From a virus, in IMG/VR virus record IMGVR_UViG_3300044825_001821, positions 108,440 through 172,439 of that record: 64,000 nucleotides of DNA. One strand, given 5' to 3'. Below the pieces are notes generated by a model. That model ran no database searches. It was given only the letters and a program-made list of their open reading frames with translations, and was not told where the DNA came from. This document shows, one piece after another, positions 47,247-57,353 of this stretch. A program made the position numbers and the translations under genes. The stretch's first letter is position 1. Every line of letters begins with the position of its first letter.

Positions 47247-47629
47247 GCAATCCATTTGACTATGCTACCGCCATTCTACAGTCTAAAAAACAACTTATTG
47301 TAGATGAAATAACAGAGAAGGACTATAATCCTTTTCTAATCAACCGAGCCTTGTCTCAGCACAAGGATTGTCTGGCCTTTGCAAATGAGATGAATAGTAG
47401 ACACTATCTTGAAAAGAAACTACAATTCGACTTTTTGCTAAATACCATCAGGTCTATGAAAAGACCTGTTGCGAAGTGGGCAAAGGCTGAAAAAAACGAT
47501 GATTTGGAATGTGTAAAATTGGTCTATGGCCTTTCCGACTCCAAAGCACGTGATGCTTTGCGCCTACTTAGCAAAGAACAAATCCAAAAACTAAAACAAG
47601 AAACCTATACAGGTGGGTTAGGAAAATGA
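47243..47629 (+). CDS. gp62: Clamp loader small subunit gp62
   Basis: YNPFLINRALS, ANEMN, QFDFLLN, C-terminal GG. Confidence 0.95.
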   Translation: MSNPFDYATAILQSKKQLIVDEITEKDYNPFLINRALSQHKDCLAFANEMNSRHYLEKKLQFDFLLNTIRSMKRPVAKWAKAEKNDDLECVKLVYGLSDSKARDALRLLSKEQIQKLKQETYTGGLGK

Positions 47630-47630
47630 C

Positions 47631-48035
47631 ATGGTTGATTTATCTAAATTTGTCGAAGTCACTTTGCCCAAGCAAGATGACTTCCTTAAAGTGCGTGAGA
47701 CACTAACACGTATCGGTGTCTCATCACGCAAAGAAAAGGTACTCTATCAATCTTGCCATATATTGCATAAGCAAGGCAAGTATTATATTGTACATTTTAA
47801 AGAACTGTTTGCATTAGACGGTAAGTTGTCAACAATTACCGAGAATGATATACAAAGACGTAACGCTATTGCCAATTTACTTGAAGAGTGGGGCTTGCTA
47901 AAAATTGTAAACTATGATATAGTAGAACATAACATGGCTCCGATTCATCAGATCAAGATCATTGCTTTTAAAGAGAAGGATGATTGGGAATTGATTGCTA
48001 AATATAACATAGGTAAAAAAGGTAAAGTAGATTAA
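47631..48035 (+). CDS. regA: Translational repressor RegA
   Basis: DDFLKVRETLTRIG, LYQSCHILHKQGKYYIVHFKELF. Confidence 0.98.
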   Translation: MVDLSKFVEVTLPKQDDFLKVRETLTRIGVSSRKEKVLYQSCHILHKQGKYYIVHFKELFALDGKLSTITENDIQRRNAIANLLEEWGLLKIVNYDIVEHNMAPIHQIKIIAFKEKDDWELIAKYNIGKKGKVD

Positions 48036-48047
48036 TGGTGATATATC

Positions 48048-48230
48048 ATGCACAAAGTGAAAAAGAATCCTGTGAAACTGATCAACAAGTATACCAAAGA
48101 AGAGGTGTATACTAGAGATTACGATGATGTCATCAAAGAAGGCTCCAACGAGTTTATTAAGGTGTTCAATCAAAGTAATCCACAAAGAACTTATCTTGTC
48201 AATCGAACAGCATTTTCGGTTGCCAAGTAA
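48048..48230 (+). CDS. Hypothetical protein
   Basis: 60-aa ORF filling the regA-hsp20 gap. Confidence 0.55.
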   Translation: MHKVKKNPVKLINKYTKEEVYTRDYDDVIKEGSNEFIKVFNQSNPQRTYLVNRTAFSVAK

Positions 48231-48232
48231 GT

Positions 48233-48288
48233 CGTGATGCCTAATGGATCACGTTACTTTTAACTTGCTTAAAAAGGAGAAAACTATG
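48233..48288 (+). promoter_or_regulatory. ROSE-like RNA thermometer leader of hsp20
   Basis: Hairpin CGTGAT(g)CC-taat-GGATCACG, then CTTGCTT-aaa-AAGGAG pairing across the SD with a bulged G. Confidence 0.5.
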
Positions 48289-48765
48289 ACAGTAGGACGT
48301 ATTGCTTTTGGACCATTGTTTCATCAAACACTTGGTTTTGAGAAATTCATTCATGATGTTGAAAGCATTCTAAATGATACACGCCCAGTAAACAATTTTC
48401 CTCCACATAACATTGTCAAACTAGATGATAACAAATATGTGGTCGAACTTGCTGTTGCTGGCTTTGGTAAAGATGATATTGATATTCAGGTACAAGAAAA
48501 TACTTTGACTATCAAAGGTGAAAAGGTAGAAGGTACACCAAATCTTGAATATCTACATCGTGGTATTGGCACACGTTCCTTCACCAAAACAATCACTATC
48601 GCCGACACCATTGAAGTAAAGGGTGCGGAATACAAAGATGGTATTCTACGTGTTGGGTTAGAGAATATCGTACCTGAACACAAGAAACCACGCAAGATTG
48701 AAATTGGTAATGAACTAAAAACATTCCAGCCACAACTTCTACAAGAAGAAAAAAAGGCTGCGTAA
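48286..48765 (+). CDS. hsp20: Small heat shock protein (Hsp20/IbpA family)
   Basis: FPPHNIV, ELAVAGF, YLHRGIGTRSF, DGIL, PRKIEI. Confidence 0.96.
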   Translation: MTVGRIAFGPLFHQTLGFEKFIHDVESILNDTRPVNNFPPHNIVKLDDNKYVVELAVAGFGKDDIDIQVQENTLTIKGEKVEGTPNLEYLHRGIGTRSFTKTITIADTIEVKGAEYKDGILRVGLENIVPEHKKPRKIEIGNELKTFQPQLLQEEKKAA

Positions 48766-48768
48766 TAG

Positions 48769-48790
48769 AGTGGGGCGCAAGCCCCACTTG
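48769..48790 (+). terminator. GC-rich hairpin (GCAA loop) after hsp20, probable terminator
   Basis: agtggggc-gcaa-gccccact; weak U tract. Confidence 0.6.
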
Positions 48791-48804
48791 TTGAAAGGTA
48801 TATA

Positions 48805-49380
48805 ATGGATAAAGATTTACGATCATATCTCAAAGTCTATTCTGATTGGCTAACACCAGAAGTGTGCCAAGAGACTGTCGATGAACTTGAAAAAGTTGAA
48901 GGACAGTTTCAAACACATACATTTTACGATCATCAATCAGATACTTCCCACTCAACAGAAAATGAACTTTCTGTAACATGGTCTGAGGTGAAGCACAAAA
49001 ATTATATTATGCAACGAATATGGGATGCCCTAAAAAGGTATCATGAAGAACTTACACAGTCAGGATGTACATGGTATCAAGCTTGGAAGGGATACACAGA
49101 AGTCCGTTTCAATCGATATCGTGAGAACACGAATATGAAATTACATTGTGATCATATTCATTCCATGTTTGATGGTCATCGTAAAGGTATACCAACACTA
49201 TCTGTTTTAGGTAGCTTAAACAATGAATACAGAGGTGGAGAACTTGTATTTTGGGAAGATAGTATTGTACCGCTCAAAGCAGGTGAAATTATGATATTTC
49301 CTTCTAATTTTTTGTACCCACATAAAGTAGATATGGTGACAAAAGGCACCCGATACTCTTACGTTTCTTGGACATGGTGA
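48805..49380 (+). CDS. 2OG-Fe(II) oxygenase (prolyl 4-hydroxylase-like)
   Basis: HCD, LNNEYRGGEL, FPSNFLYPHKV, GTRYS. Confidence 0.9.
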   Translation: MDKDLRSYLKVYSDWLTPEVCQETVDELEKVEGQFQTHTFYDHQSDTSHSTENELSVTWSEVKHKNYIMQRIWDALKRYHEELTQSGCTWYQAWKGYTEVRFNRYRENTNMKLHCDHIHSMFDGHRKGIPTLSVLGSLNNEYRGGELVFWEDSIVPLKAGEIMIFPSNFLYPHKVDMVTKGTRYSYVSWTW

Positions 49381-49544
49381 TGAAATCGAACTCAAATTTT
49401 AAAATGAAAAAGGACTTGAAAATTATATTATCAAGTCTCAAGGGTGAAAGTAAATTCGATTACAAGCGTGAAATGATTAAAGCAATCATTGCTCCACGCA
49501 TTGACTTCAAAAAGAAATCCAAAGAAGAAAAATCCGAGGATTGA
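49380..49544 (+). CDS. Small basic hypothetical protein (54 aa; not in the ORF track)
   Basis: MKSNSNFKMKKDLKIILSSLKGESKFDYKREMIKAII...; TGATG-coupled start. Confidence 0.5.
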   Translation: MKSNSNFKMKKDLKIILSSLKGESKFDYKREMIKAIIAPRIDFKKKSKEEKSED

Positions 49545-49587
49545 TTTTTTCATTTTGCGCTCATGCACGAGTGAGTGCTTACTTCAA

Positions 49588-50085
49588 ATGAAACAAAAAT
49601 ACGTAAAAGCCCATATGAAAGCAGCAAGTGTATATGCTGAACTTTCTACCGCAAAGAGATTACAAGTGGGATGTGTAATCGTCAAAGACAATACCATCAT
49701 CGGCATTGGTTATAATGGTATGCCATCTGGTTGGAATAACATGTGTGAAGAAGTAGAGTATGTTCTGAAAGAAGAATGTTATAAAACTGATGAGTGGATG
49801 AAAATTAATGGTTTCACAGAAACAGCACATGGATGGACAAGATTGCGTTCCAAACCAGAAGTGCTACATGCCGAATCCAATGCTATTGCCAAAGTTTCTC
49901 GGTCAACAAATTCAAGTGATGGGGCATCGATGTTTATTACCCACGCACCATGCTTAGAATGTGCTAAAATGATATATCAGTCAGGAATCAAGGAGGTTTA
50001 TTATAGGCATGATTATAGAAGCAATGCAGGAATCAACTTTTTGAAACAATGTGAAGTTAATGTACAACAGGTGAAGGAGATATAA
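49588..50085 (+). CDS. cd: dCMP deaminase
   Basis: GYNGMPSG, HAESNAI, PCLEC. Confidence 0.93.
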   Translation: MKQKYVKAHMKAASVYAELSTAKRLQVGCVIVKDNTIIGIGYNGMPSGWNNMCEEVEYVLKEECYKTDEWMKINGFTETAHGWTRLRSKPEVLHAESNAIAKVSRSTNSSDGASMFITHAPCLECAKMIYQSGIKEVYYRHDYRSNAGINFLKQCEVNVQQVKEI

Positions 50086-50086
50086 T

Positions 50087-50317
50087 ATGAGCACAACTGT
50101 AAAAGTAGCCAAGCAACTTGCCGAGGCAAATCCTAAACTCCCTAAAGCATACAAGTATGATCTTGTATTGCGTGATTTTGACAATATGGTCGAACTGATT
50201 GGTCTTGTTGATGATCCAACATATGACATTGCCGACTTTCGTGGTCGTGAAATGTTGTTTCCCAAAAAATGGGTCACACTTGACGTTTATGAACCAACAA
50301 CAAAGGTAACAGTATGA
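50087..50317 (+). CDS. Hypothetical protein
   Basis: AAGGAG RBS; clean ORF. Confidence 0.6.
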   Translation: MSTTVKVAKQLAEANPKLPKAYKYDLVLRDFDNMVELIGLVDDPTYDIADFRGREMLFPKKWVTLDVYEPTTKVTV

Positions 50318-50619
50318 ACATAAAATGTATCACGTTTAAAACACATCAAACTATTATTGCCGAACTATCACTCGAAGGTGATGTTGTTGTGTTAGTTAAA
50401 AATCCAGTGCAAGTAATTTCCGTACCACCACGTTCAGCAAATGATCCAGGTGGTGTTGGCTTTGCACCATATCTTGCTTTTGTCGAAGAGTTTGATAAAG
50501 GAATTACACTCAAGCATGAAGATATTTTAACAATCAATACACCTGTTTCTGATCTTTTAGCACAATATCGTAAAATGTTTAGTCGTATCGAAATTGCACC
50601 AGCAGGATTAAAACTTTAA
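50314..50619 (+). CDS. Conserved T4-like hypothetical (Sm-like) preceding gp43
   Basis: KNPVQV...GFAPY...YRKMFS; syntenic position. Confidence 0.55.
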   Translation: MNIKCITFKTHQTIIAELSLEGDVVVLVKNPVQVISVPPRSANDPGGVGFAPYLAFVEEFDKGITLKHEDILTINTPVSDLLAQYRKMFSRIEIAPAGLKL

Positions 50620-53162
50620 TGTCAAAATATTATACAAACGTATGTGTTCATAGTAATCATATATTGTTTCGTGGCGTAACAAACGGTCGGAGAGTAAAGA
50701 GCAAAGTCAAATACTCTCCGACTTTGTTTTTACAATCTAACAAACCATCTTTGGGTTCTGATCAGTTTCATTCACTATTCAATGATCCTCTAGAACCTAT
50801 GAAATTTGAAACAATTCGGGAGGCACGTGATTTTGTCAAACGTTATGAAGATGTTGCAAACTTTAAAATCTACGGCAATACACGCTATGAATACGCATTC
50901 ATTGCTGACAATTTTAGAGGGATTGTTGATTGGGATATTTCTCATCTCTCTGTCGTTTTCATAGACATTGAGGTTGGTTCGGAGAATGGTTTTCCTGATC
51001 CTTACAAAGCTACAGAACCCATCACTGCAATTGCCATTCATCAGTTAAATGGTGGTACTACAGTGTATGGTTGTGGTTCATATCGTAATAATGATGAAAG
51101 TGTAGATTATGTTACTTGTAAAGATGAAGTCGATTTGTGTGAACGCTTCCTTGCTGATTGGTCAAGCAATCATCCTGACGTTGTTACTGGTTGGAATATC
51201 AAGTTCTTTGATATTCCTTATCTTATCAACCGTTTTACCCGTATACTTGGAGAGGATGACGTAAAGAAACTTTCACCTTGGTCTGTTATTTCACAACGCA
51301 ATACAGTATTCAAAGGTAAAGAACAAACAGTTTATGATATGGTTGGCGTATCTGCGCTTGACTATCTTGAACTGTATCAGTGGTATGCGCCTGGTGGTAG
51401 AAACATTGAAAACTATCGTCTTGATACAGTTGCCAGCGTAGAACTTGGTGAGAGTAAATTATCATATGATGAATATGATAGCCTCCATCAACTTTATAAA
51501 CTTGACTATCAAAAATTTATCGACTATAACATCAAAGATGTTAGATTGGTGTTGAAACTAGAAGATAAATTGAAATTGATTGAACTTGCATTGACTCTTG
51601 CCTATGATACAAAGTGCAACTATGACGATGTATTTGCACAAACAAGAATGTGGGATGCACTGATCTATAATTATCTGTTAGAAAAAAAGATCGTCGTACC
51701 ACCACGACGCATTGCAAATAAAACGGCAGCGTTTGAAGGTGCATATGTCAAAGAACCACAAATTGGATTGCATCATTGGGTCGCATCATTTGACTTGAAC
51801 AGTCTGTATCCACATTTGATTATGCAATACAATATTTCACCAGAGACTTTGATTAACAATCATGATTATACAGATGACATGCGTAAACTTGCATCACAGG
51901 CATCTGTTGAAAGTCTGTTGGAGAAGAAACTTGATACGAGCGTGTTGAAAGATGTAACTATTACACCGAACGGTCAATTCTTTCGTACAGATAAAGAAGG
52001 CTTTCTTCCTGCGATGATGGTTGAAATGTATGAAGATCGTAAAAAGTTTAAGAAGTTAATGTTGAAAGAACAACAGGCATATGAAAACGAGAAGGATAAA
52101 ACAAAGAAAAAAGAAATTGAAAAATTGATTGCAAGATACAACAATCTACAACTTGCTAAGAAAGTCTCACTTAACTCTGCCTACGGTGCAATGGGTTCTC
52201 AGTATTTTCGTTTTTATGATTTGCGCCAAGCACTTGCTGTCACACAAGCAGGTCAACTATCGATTCGTTGGATTGAAAATAAACTCAACGAGTATTTGAA
52301 CAAACTATTGAAAACGAATACTGACTATGTTATTGCTTCGGATACAGATTCTATCTATCTCAATCTTGGTCCATTGGTTGATTCTGTGTATGAGAAAAAA
52401 TCATCAACTGAGAAAGTTATCACCTTCATGGATAAAATCTGTGAAGAGAAAATTCAACCATATATCGATCAGAGTTATCAGGAACTTGCTACGTATGTTC
52501 ACGCATTCGACCAAAAGATGCAAATGAAACGTGAGGGCTTGTCTGATAAAGGTATATGGACTGCAAAGAAACGATACATTCTGAACGTGTATAACAATGA
52601 AGGTGTTCAGTATGCAAAACCAAAAATCAAAGTCATGGGTCTTGAGATGGTTAAATCATCAACACCCACTGCTGTACGTGACAAGATGTATCAATTGGTT
52701 GATTTGATTGTGAACACCAATGAAGAAACGGTGCAAAAATTTATTGCTGATTTTAAAGAAGAGTTTAAACGATTACCTGTAGAAGATATATCTTTTCCAC
52801 GTGGTTGTAATGGCTTGAAAGAGTATGCCGATCCTACTACAATATACAAGAAAGGTACACCAATTCATGTTAAAGGGGCAATACTATATAATCATTTCCT
52901 TAAACAAGCTGACTTGATGACTAAGTATCCTTTGATACAAGAAGGAGAAAAACTTAAATTCACATACTTGAAAGTGCCGAATCCATTCAAAGATACGGTT
53001 GTTTCTTTTCCAATGAGACTGCCAAAAGAATTTGGCCTTCAAGATTACGTTGATTATGAAACTCAGTTTGAGAAAACATTCATAGAACCAATTAGACTGA
53101 TTCTTGATTGTATTAATTGGAAAACTGAAAAGCAATATTCTTTGGAGAGTTTTTTTGCATGA
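50619..53162 (+). CDS. gp43: DNA polymerase B gp43
   Basis: DIEV exonuclease I, SFDLNSLYP, KVSLNSAYG, SDTDS. Confidence 0.99.
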   Translation: MSKYYTNVCVHSNHILFRGVTNGRRVKSKVKYSPTLFLQSNKPSLGSDQFHSLFNDPLEPMKFETIREARDFVKRYEDVANFKIYGNTRYEYAFIADNFRGIVDWDISHLSVVFIDIEVGSENGFPDPYKATEPITAIAIHQLNGGTTVYGCGSYRNNDESVDYVTCKDEVDLCERFLADWSSNHPDVVTGWNIKFFDIPYLINRFTRILGEDDVKKLSPWSVISQRNTVFKGKEQTVYDMVGVSALDYLELYQWYAPGGRNIENYRLDTVASVELGESKLSYDEYDSLHQLYKLDYQKFIDYNIKDVRLVLKLEDKLKLIELALTLAYDTKCNYDDVFAQTRMWDALIYNYLLEKKIVVPPRRIANKTAAFEGAYVKEPQIGLHHWVASFDLNSLYPHLIMQYNISPETLINNHDYTDDMRKLASQASVESLLEKKLDTSVLKDVTITPNGQFFRTDKEGFLPAMMVEMYEDRKKFKKLMLKEQQAYENEKDKTKKKEIEKLIARYNNLQLAKKVSLNSAYGAMGSQYFRFYDLRQALAVTQAGQLSIRWIENKLNEYLNKLLKTNTDYVIASDTDSIYLNLGPLVDSVYEKKSSTEKVITFMDKICEEKIQPYIDQSYQELATYVHAFDQKMQMKREGLSDKGIWTAKKRYILNVYNNEGVQYAKPKIKVMGLEMVKSSTPTAVRDKMYQLVDLIVNTNEETVQKFIADFKEEFKRLPVEDISFPRGCNGLKEYADPTTIYKKGTPIHVKGAILYNHFLKQADLMTKYPLIQEGEKLKFTYLKVPNPFKDTVVSFPMRLPKEFGLQDYVDYETQFEKTFIEPIRLILDCINWKTEKQYSLESFFA

Positions 53163-53704
53163 AGAATATAAGAATCATTAGAACCGATATTAACGTTTCA
53201 AAAATATTGAAACAACTGAGTCAGCATCCTGAAGATTGGAACTTTCAAAAGAAACTTCCCGAAACTAAAGTTTTGGACCCACATGTTTATATAAGTCAAG
53301 CCGCAGTTCTTCAACTTGTGATTGGAACAATCAGTCATGAAGATGAATATGTTTTCGATTCTGAAGGTTGTATGCCATCACCAGCATATTATCGACATAC
53401 AGAAGCAGTGGCATTCTTAAAAAGACATTTTAAAAATTTTAAACGTGCTGGATTTCTTGCTTTACCGCCAGGAGGCATAACAGGCAAACACACTGACTTT
53501 GGAAAATATTATTTGACTAAAGATAGATATCATCTATCAATTCAAGGTACATACGAATATACGGTTGAAGATGAAACGATCATTGTCAAGCCTGGCACAT
53601 TGTTTTGGTTTGACAATAAAAAAGAACACTCAGCAAAAAATATCGGAGACAACGATAGAATTGTGTTAGTGTTTGATGTACCACACTCAAAAAACAATCC
53701 ATGA
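53159..53704 (+). CDS. Aspartyl/asparaginyl beta-hydroxylase-type 2OG oxygenase
   Basis: HTD, RYHLSI, FWFDNKKEHSA.N...DRIVLVFD. Confidence 0.85.
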   Translation: MKNIRIIRTDINVSKILKQLSQHPEDWNFQKKLPETKVLDPHVYISQAAVLQLVIGTISHEDEYVFDSEGCMPSPAYYRHTEAVAFLKRHFKNFKRAGFLALPPGGITGKHTDFGKYYLTKDRYHLSIQGTYEYTVEDETIIVKPGTLFWFDNKKEHSAKNIGDNDRIVLVFDVPHSKNNP

Positions 53705-54612
53705 TACACGTAATACTACCATTTTTAACTGCACTTGCACTGTCTGGTATTGCAGCATACTATTCAGTGATTGGTCTTGCACAGATATTTCCAGGTTCAT
53801 ATTGGCCTATTATTATTATGGGTTCTGTGCTTGAAGCAGCAAAATTGGTAACTGTATCATGGGTATACAATCATTGGAAAACAACATTCTCTGCACTCAA
53901 ACTTTATTTTTTAATTGCAGTTGTGTTGTTGATGGGCATCACATCGATGGGTATTTTTGGTTATTTGTCAAAAGCACACATCGAACATTCAAGCACTGTA
54001 GCACCACAAGTAGCAAAGGTAGAACTCTATGATGAAAAGATCAAAGTTATTCAATCGCAGATTGAGAGGAACAACAAGAACCTTAGTCAGTATGATGAAG
54101 CTGTCGATCAAATTATGGGCAGAACGAAAGATGAAAAGGGGGCTGAAAGAGCGAACCAAATTCGTAAAGCCCAACAGAAAGACCGTGAGAGAATCATTGC
54201 TGAGACTAAGAGGCTACAAAAAGAGATACAGTTACTCACGGAAGAGAAGCTCCCTTTATCCTTGGAAGTTAAGAAGGCTGAATCGGATTTGGGGCCTATA
54301 AAGTATGTGGCCGAAGTTGTATATGGCACACAAGATAGAGACTTAATTGACAAAGCAGTTCGTCTGGTGATCTTTGTGATCATTGTCGTATTTGATCCTT
54401 TAGCGGTATTATTGTTGATAGCAGCGAATCAAACTTACCGCAAGATAAAAGGGTACAAAGAAGAAATGGAGCCTTCTAAAAAAATTATAAAGAAGAAAAA
54501 GCTTGACAACACCCCCACACGTAGTTTAGAATCATTCTTTGTAGATGATAAACATGCAGTGATACCAAAAGACAAAATTGCAGATATTGGAGATATGAAT
54601 GAGCGTACTTGA
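53701..54612 (+). CDS. Membrane protein (3 TM + coiled coil + TM)
   Basis: Hydrophobic N-terminal helices, SMGIFGYLSKAH, GPIKY, FDPLAV. Confidence 0.65.
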   Translation: MIHVILPFLTALALSGIAAYYSVIGLAQIFPGSYWPIIIMGSVLEAAKLVTVSWVYNHWKTTFSALKLYFLIAVVLLMGITSMGIFGYLSKAHIEHSSTVAPQVAKVELYDEKIKVIQSQIERNNKNLSQYDEAVDQIMGRTKDEKGAERANQIRKAQQKDRERIIAETKRLQKEIQLLTEEKLPLSLEVKKAESDLGPIKYVAEVVYGTQDRDLIDKAVRLVIFVIIVVFDPLAVLLLIAANQTYRKIKGYKEEMEPSKKIIKKKKLDNTPTRSLESFFVDDKHAVIPKDKIADIGDMNERT

Positions 54613-55663
54613 TAAACTAAAGAAAGCATCAACAATTAAAGAAACATCGGTGCTTTCTAAATCGAAATTCTTTACTGATAAAGATATGATTCAAACTGAT
54701 GTGCCTATTATTAATGTGGCACTATCAGGTAGTCTAGATGGTGGTCTTACACCAGGTCTGACGATGTTTGCAGGTCCATCAAAACATTTCAAGACAGCGT
54801 TTGCTTTACTCATGGCAAAATCATACATGAACAAGTATGATGATGCCGTTGTTTTGTTTTATGATTCTGAGTTTGGCACACCACAATCATACTTTGATGC
54901 TTTTGGTATTGATACTGAACGTGTACTTCACACACCAATTACTGATGTTGAGCAGTTGAAACATGATATCATGAATCAATTACAGAACATCGAAAAGACT
55001 GACAAAGTGATTATTGTGTTAGATTCGATTGGCAATCTAGCATCAAAGAAAGAAGTCGAAGATTCAATCGAAGGCAAATCTGTTGCTGACATGAGCCGAG
55101 CAAAACAGATGAAGTCGTTATTCCGTATGGTAACACCACACTTGACTATCAAAGATATTCCTATGGTTGTTGTCAATCACACATACAAAGAGATTGGTAT
55201 GTTCCCGAAAGACATTGTTGGTGGTGGCACAGGCTCATATTATTCAGCAGACACAATCTGGATTCTTGGTCGTCAACAAGACAAAGATGGTACAGAAATC
55301 GTCGGCTACAACTTTATCATCAACGTAGAAAAGAGTAGATATGTTAGAGAAAAATCAAAGATACCTGTTACTGTATCTTTTGACGGTGGTATTAACAAGT
55401 GGTCTGGTTTATTGGATATTGCACTCGAAGGCAATTTCGTCACTAAGCCAAGCAATGGTTGGTATGCCAAAGTAGATCAGAACACCGGTGAAGTGCTTGA
55501 GAAGAAACGTTTTGTGGATACACAAACAGAAGAATTCTGGAAAGACATTCTTGCAGATGAACGTTTCAAAGAGTTTGTGAGGAAGAAATATGAAATCACT
55601 TATAGCAGCATTATGGGACAAAATGCAATTCTGGAGGAAGAGGTCGATGAAGCCGAGACATAA
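54599..55663 (+). CDS. uvsX: RecA-like recombinase UvsX
   Basis: AGPSKHFKT, YDSEFG, DMSRAK, GGTG. Confidence 0.97.
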   Translation: MSVLDKLKKASTIKETSVLSKSKFFTDKDMIQTDVPIINVALSGSLDGGLTPGLTMFAGPSKHFKTAFALLMAKSYMNKYDDAVVLFYDSEFGTPQSYFDAFGIDTERVLHTPITDVEQLKHDIMNQLQNIEKTDKVIIVLDSIGNLASKKEVEDSIEGKSVADMSRAKQMKSLFRMVTPHLTIKDIPMVVVNHTYKEIGMFPKDIVGGGTGSYYSADTIWILGRQQDKDGTEIVGYNFIINVEKSRYVREKSKIPVTVSFDGGINKWSGLLDIALEGNFVTKPSNGWYAKVDQNTGEVLEKKRFVDTQTEEFWKDILADERFKEFVRKKYEITYSSIMGQNAILEEEVDEAET

Positions 55664-55961
55664 TATCGATTATGTTTTGATAGACAACGAAGAGGGCACC
55701 CAAACGGGTGTCGGAATCAAAACGGGAAAATATGCAGGAGTTTTGTATCGTTATCATTCAGCAAAGTTTACAGAAGTTGATGATTATGCTAAAATGACTT
55801 TTGGATACACAGTAATGTTTTCTCCTAAAATACCCATAGACGATTTAATTCTTGACGAAGAATTTCATGACTTTATAGGTGAAATACTAACAGAAATTCT
55901 AATTGCTCAAACAAATCATGAAACTAGAAACTACAATCCTGAAGAATTTGATATTCAATGA
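55647..55961 (+). CDS. Hypothetical protein between uvsX and gp41
   Basis: GKYAGVLYRY...FIGEIL; overlaps both neighbours. Confidence 0.55.
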   Translation: MKPRHNIDYVLIDNEEGTQTGVGIKTGKYAGVLYRYHSAKFTEVDDYAKMTFGYTVMFSPKIPIDDLILDEEFHDFIGEILTEILIAQTNHETRNYNPEEFDIQ

Positions 55962-57318
55962 GGACTATGCACGAAAAATTATTCCGTTCTTAAAAAACGA
56001 ATACTTCTCAGATACGACTGATCGAATTCTTTTTCAGGAAATCAATGAACATATTCATCAATTCAAACATCTTCCTACCTACGAATCACTTGTAATTAAT
56101 TTTACTGAATCACGTAAACTGACAGAAGAACAAGTCAGAGATGCAGTTGAAATGATTCGTGAAATCAACGCCGACAAAGAAAATCCTACTGATACAGACT
56201 GGCTTATCAAACAAACTGAAAAGTTTTGTCAAGATAAAGCAATTTATAATGCCATCATGAAGTCTGTCAAAATTCTTGATGATAGAGAAAACAAAGATGG
56301 TAAAGGTGCCATACCAAAGATGCTATCTGATGCACTTGGTGTTTCATTTGACAATTCTGTTGGTCATGATTATATCGACGATTCGGATAATCGTTTTGAA
56401 TTCTATCATCGTCATGAAACAAAGATACCATTTGATCTTGATCTATTTAACAAGATTACCAAAGGCGGTCTGCCAAAGAAAACACTGAACATTGCACTTG
56501 CTGGTACTGGTGTTGGTAAGTCACTGTTCATGTGTCACGTTGCTGGTTCATGTTTATCACAAGGTCTGAATGTGTTGTACATCACGATGGAAATGGCCGA
56601 AGAAAGAATTGCTGAACGTATTGATGCCAATCTATTGAACATTGATATTGCAGACCTGAACTCTATCAGTAAACAAGATTATGATCGAAAGTTCTCTGCA
56701 CTCAAAGTCAACACACAAGGCAAACTCATCATCAAAGAGTATCCGACCGCTGCGGCATCTGCATTACACTTTCGTGCTTTGTTAAATGAATTGCAACTAA
56801 AGAAAAGTTTCAAACCTGACATCATCTTTATTGACTATCTTAACATTTGTGCAAGTGCTAGAATCAAGCCTGGTGCTAACGTAAATAGTTATTCTTATGT
56901 TAAGGCCATTGCAGAGGAATTGAGGGGTCTAGCGGTCGAGTTTGATGTTCCTATAGTCTCTGCTACACAGACCACCAGAAGCGGCTTCACAAGCTCGGAT
57001 CCAGGTCTAGAAGATACTTCAGAATCGTTTGGTCTGCCAGCTACGGCCGACTTCATGTTTGCTTTGATAAGCACAGAAGAGTTGCAACAATTGAATCAGA
57101 TACTAATTAAGCAACTCAAGAATCGTTACAATGATCCGAATTATTTCAAAAGATTTGTCGTGGGTATTGACAGAGCCAAAATGAAACTGTATGATGTTGA
57201 ACAGGGCGCACAAGATGATCTAATAGATGCTGGTCAGGTACCGCCCGATAAACCTTTGAATACCTTCGGAGATCGTGAAAGACGCTCAAATGATAAGTTC
57301 GGGGGTTTCAAAGTATAA
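55918..57318 (+). CDS. gp41: Replicative DnaB-like helicase gp41
   Basis: LAGTGVGKS, IDYLNI, SESFGLPATAD, QLKNRY. Confidence 0.98.
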   Translation: MKLETTILKNLIFNEDYARKIIPFLKNEYFSDTTDRILFQEINEHIHQFKHLPTYESLVINFTESRKLTEEQVRDAVEMIREINADKENPTDTDWLIKQTEKFCQDKAIYNAIMKSVKILDDRENKDGKGAIPKMLSDALGVSFDNSVGHDYIDDSDNRFEFYHRHETKIPFDLDLFNKITKGGLPKKTLNIALAGTGVGKSLFMCHVAGSCLSQGLNVLYITMEMAEERIAERIDANLLNIDIADLNSISKQDYDRKFSALKVNTQGKLIIKEYPTAAASALHFRALLNELQLKKSFKPDIIFIDYLNICASARIKPGANVNSYSYVKAIAEELRGLAVEFDVPIVSATQTTRSGFTSSDPGLEDTSESFGLPATADFMFALISTEELQQLNQILIKQLKNRYNDPNYFKRFVVGIDRAKMKLYDVEQGAQDDLIDAGQVPPDKPLNTFGDRERRSNDKFGGFKV

Positions 57319-57321
57319 ATA
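57314..57321 (+). promoter_or_regulatory. T4 late promoter TATAAATA
   Basis: Exact consensus overlapping the gp41 stop. Confidence 0.8.
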
Positions 57322-57353
57322 CACTAATAACCGTAAATTTGTAAGGAAATTAT

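Noticed and set aside
49553-49580. Small hairpin upstream of dCMP deaminase
   Set aside because: 7-bp stem with a G-U pair and no downstream U tract; function cannot be supported.
11807-57318. Introns, inteins or stop-codon recoding in core genes (gp17, gp20, gp23, gp43, uvsX, gp41)
   Set aside because: All are continuous, of normal length and read in the standard code.
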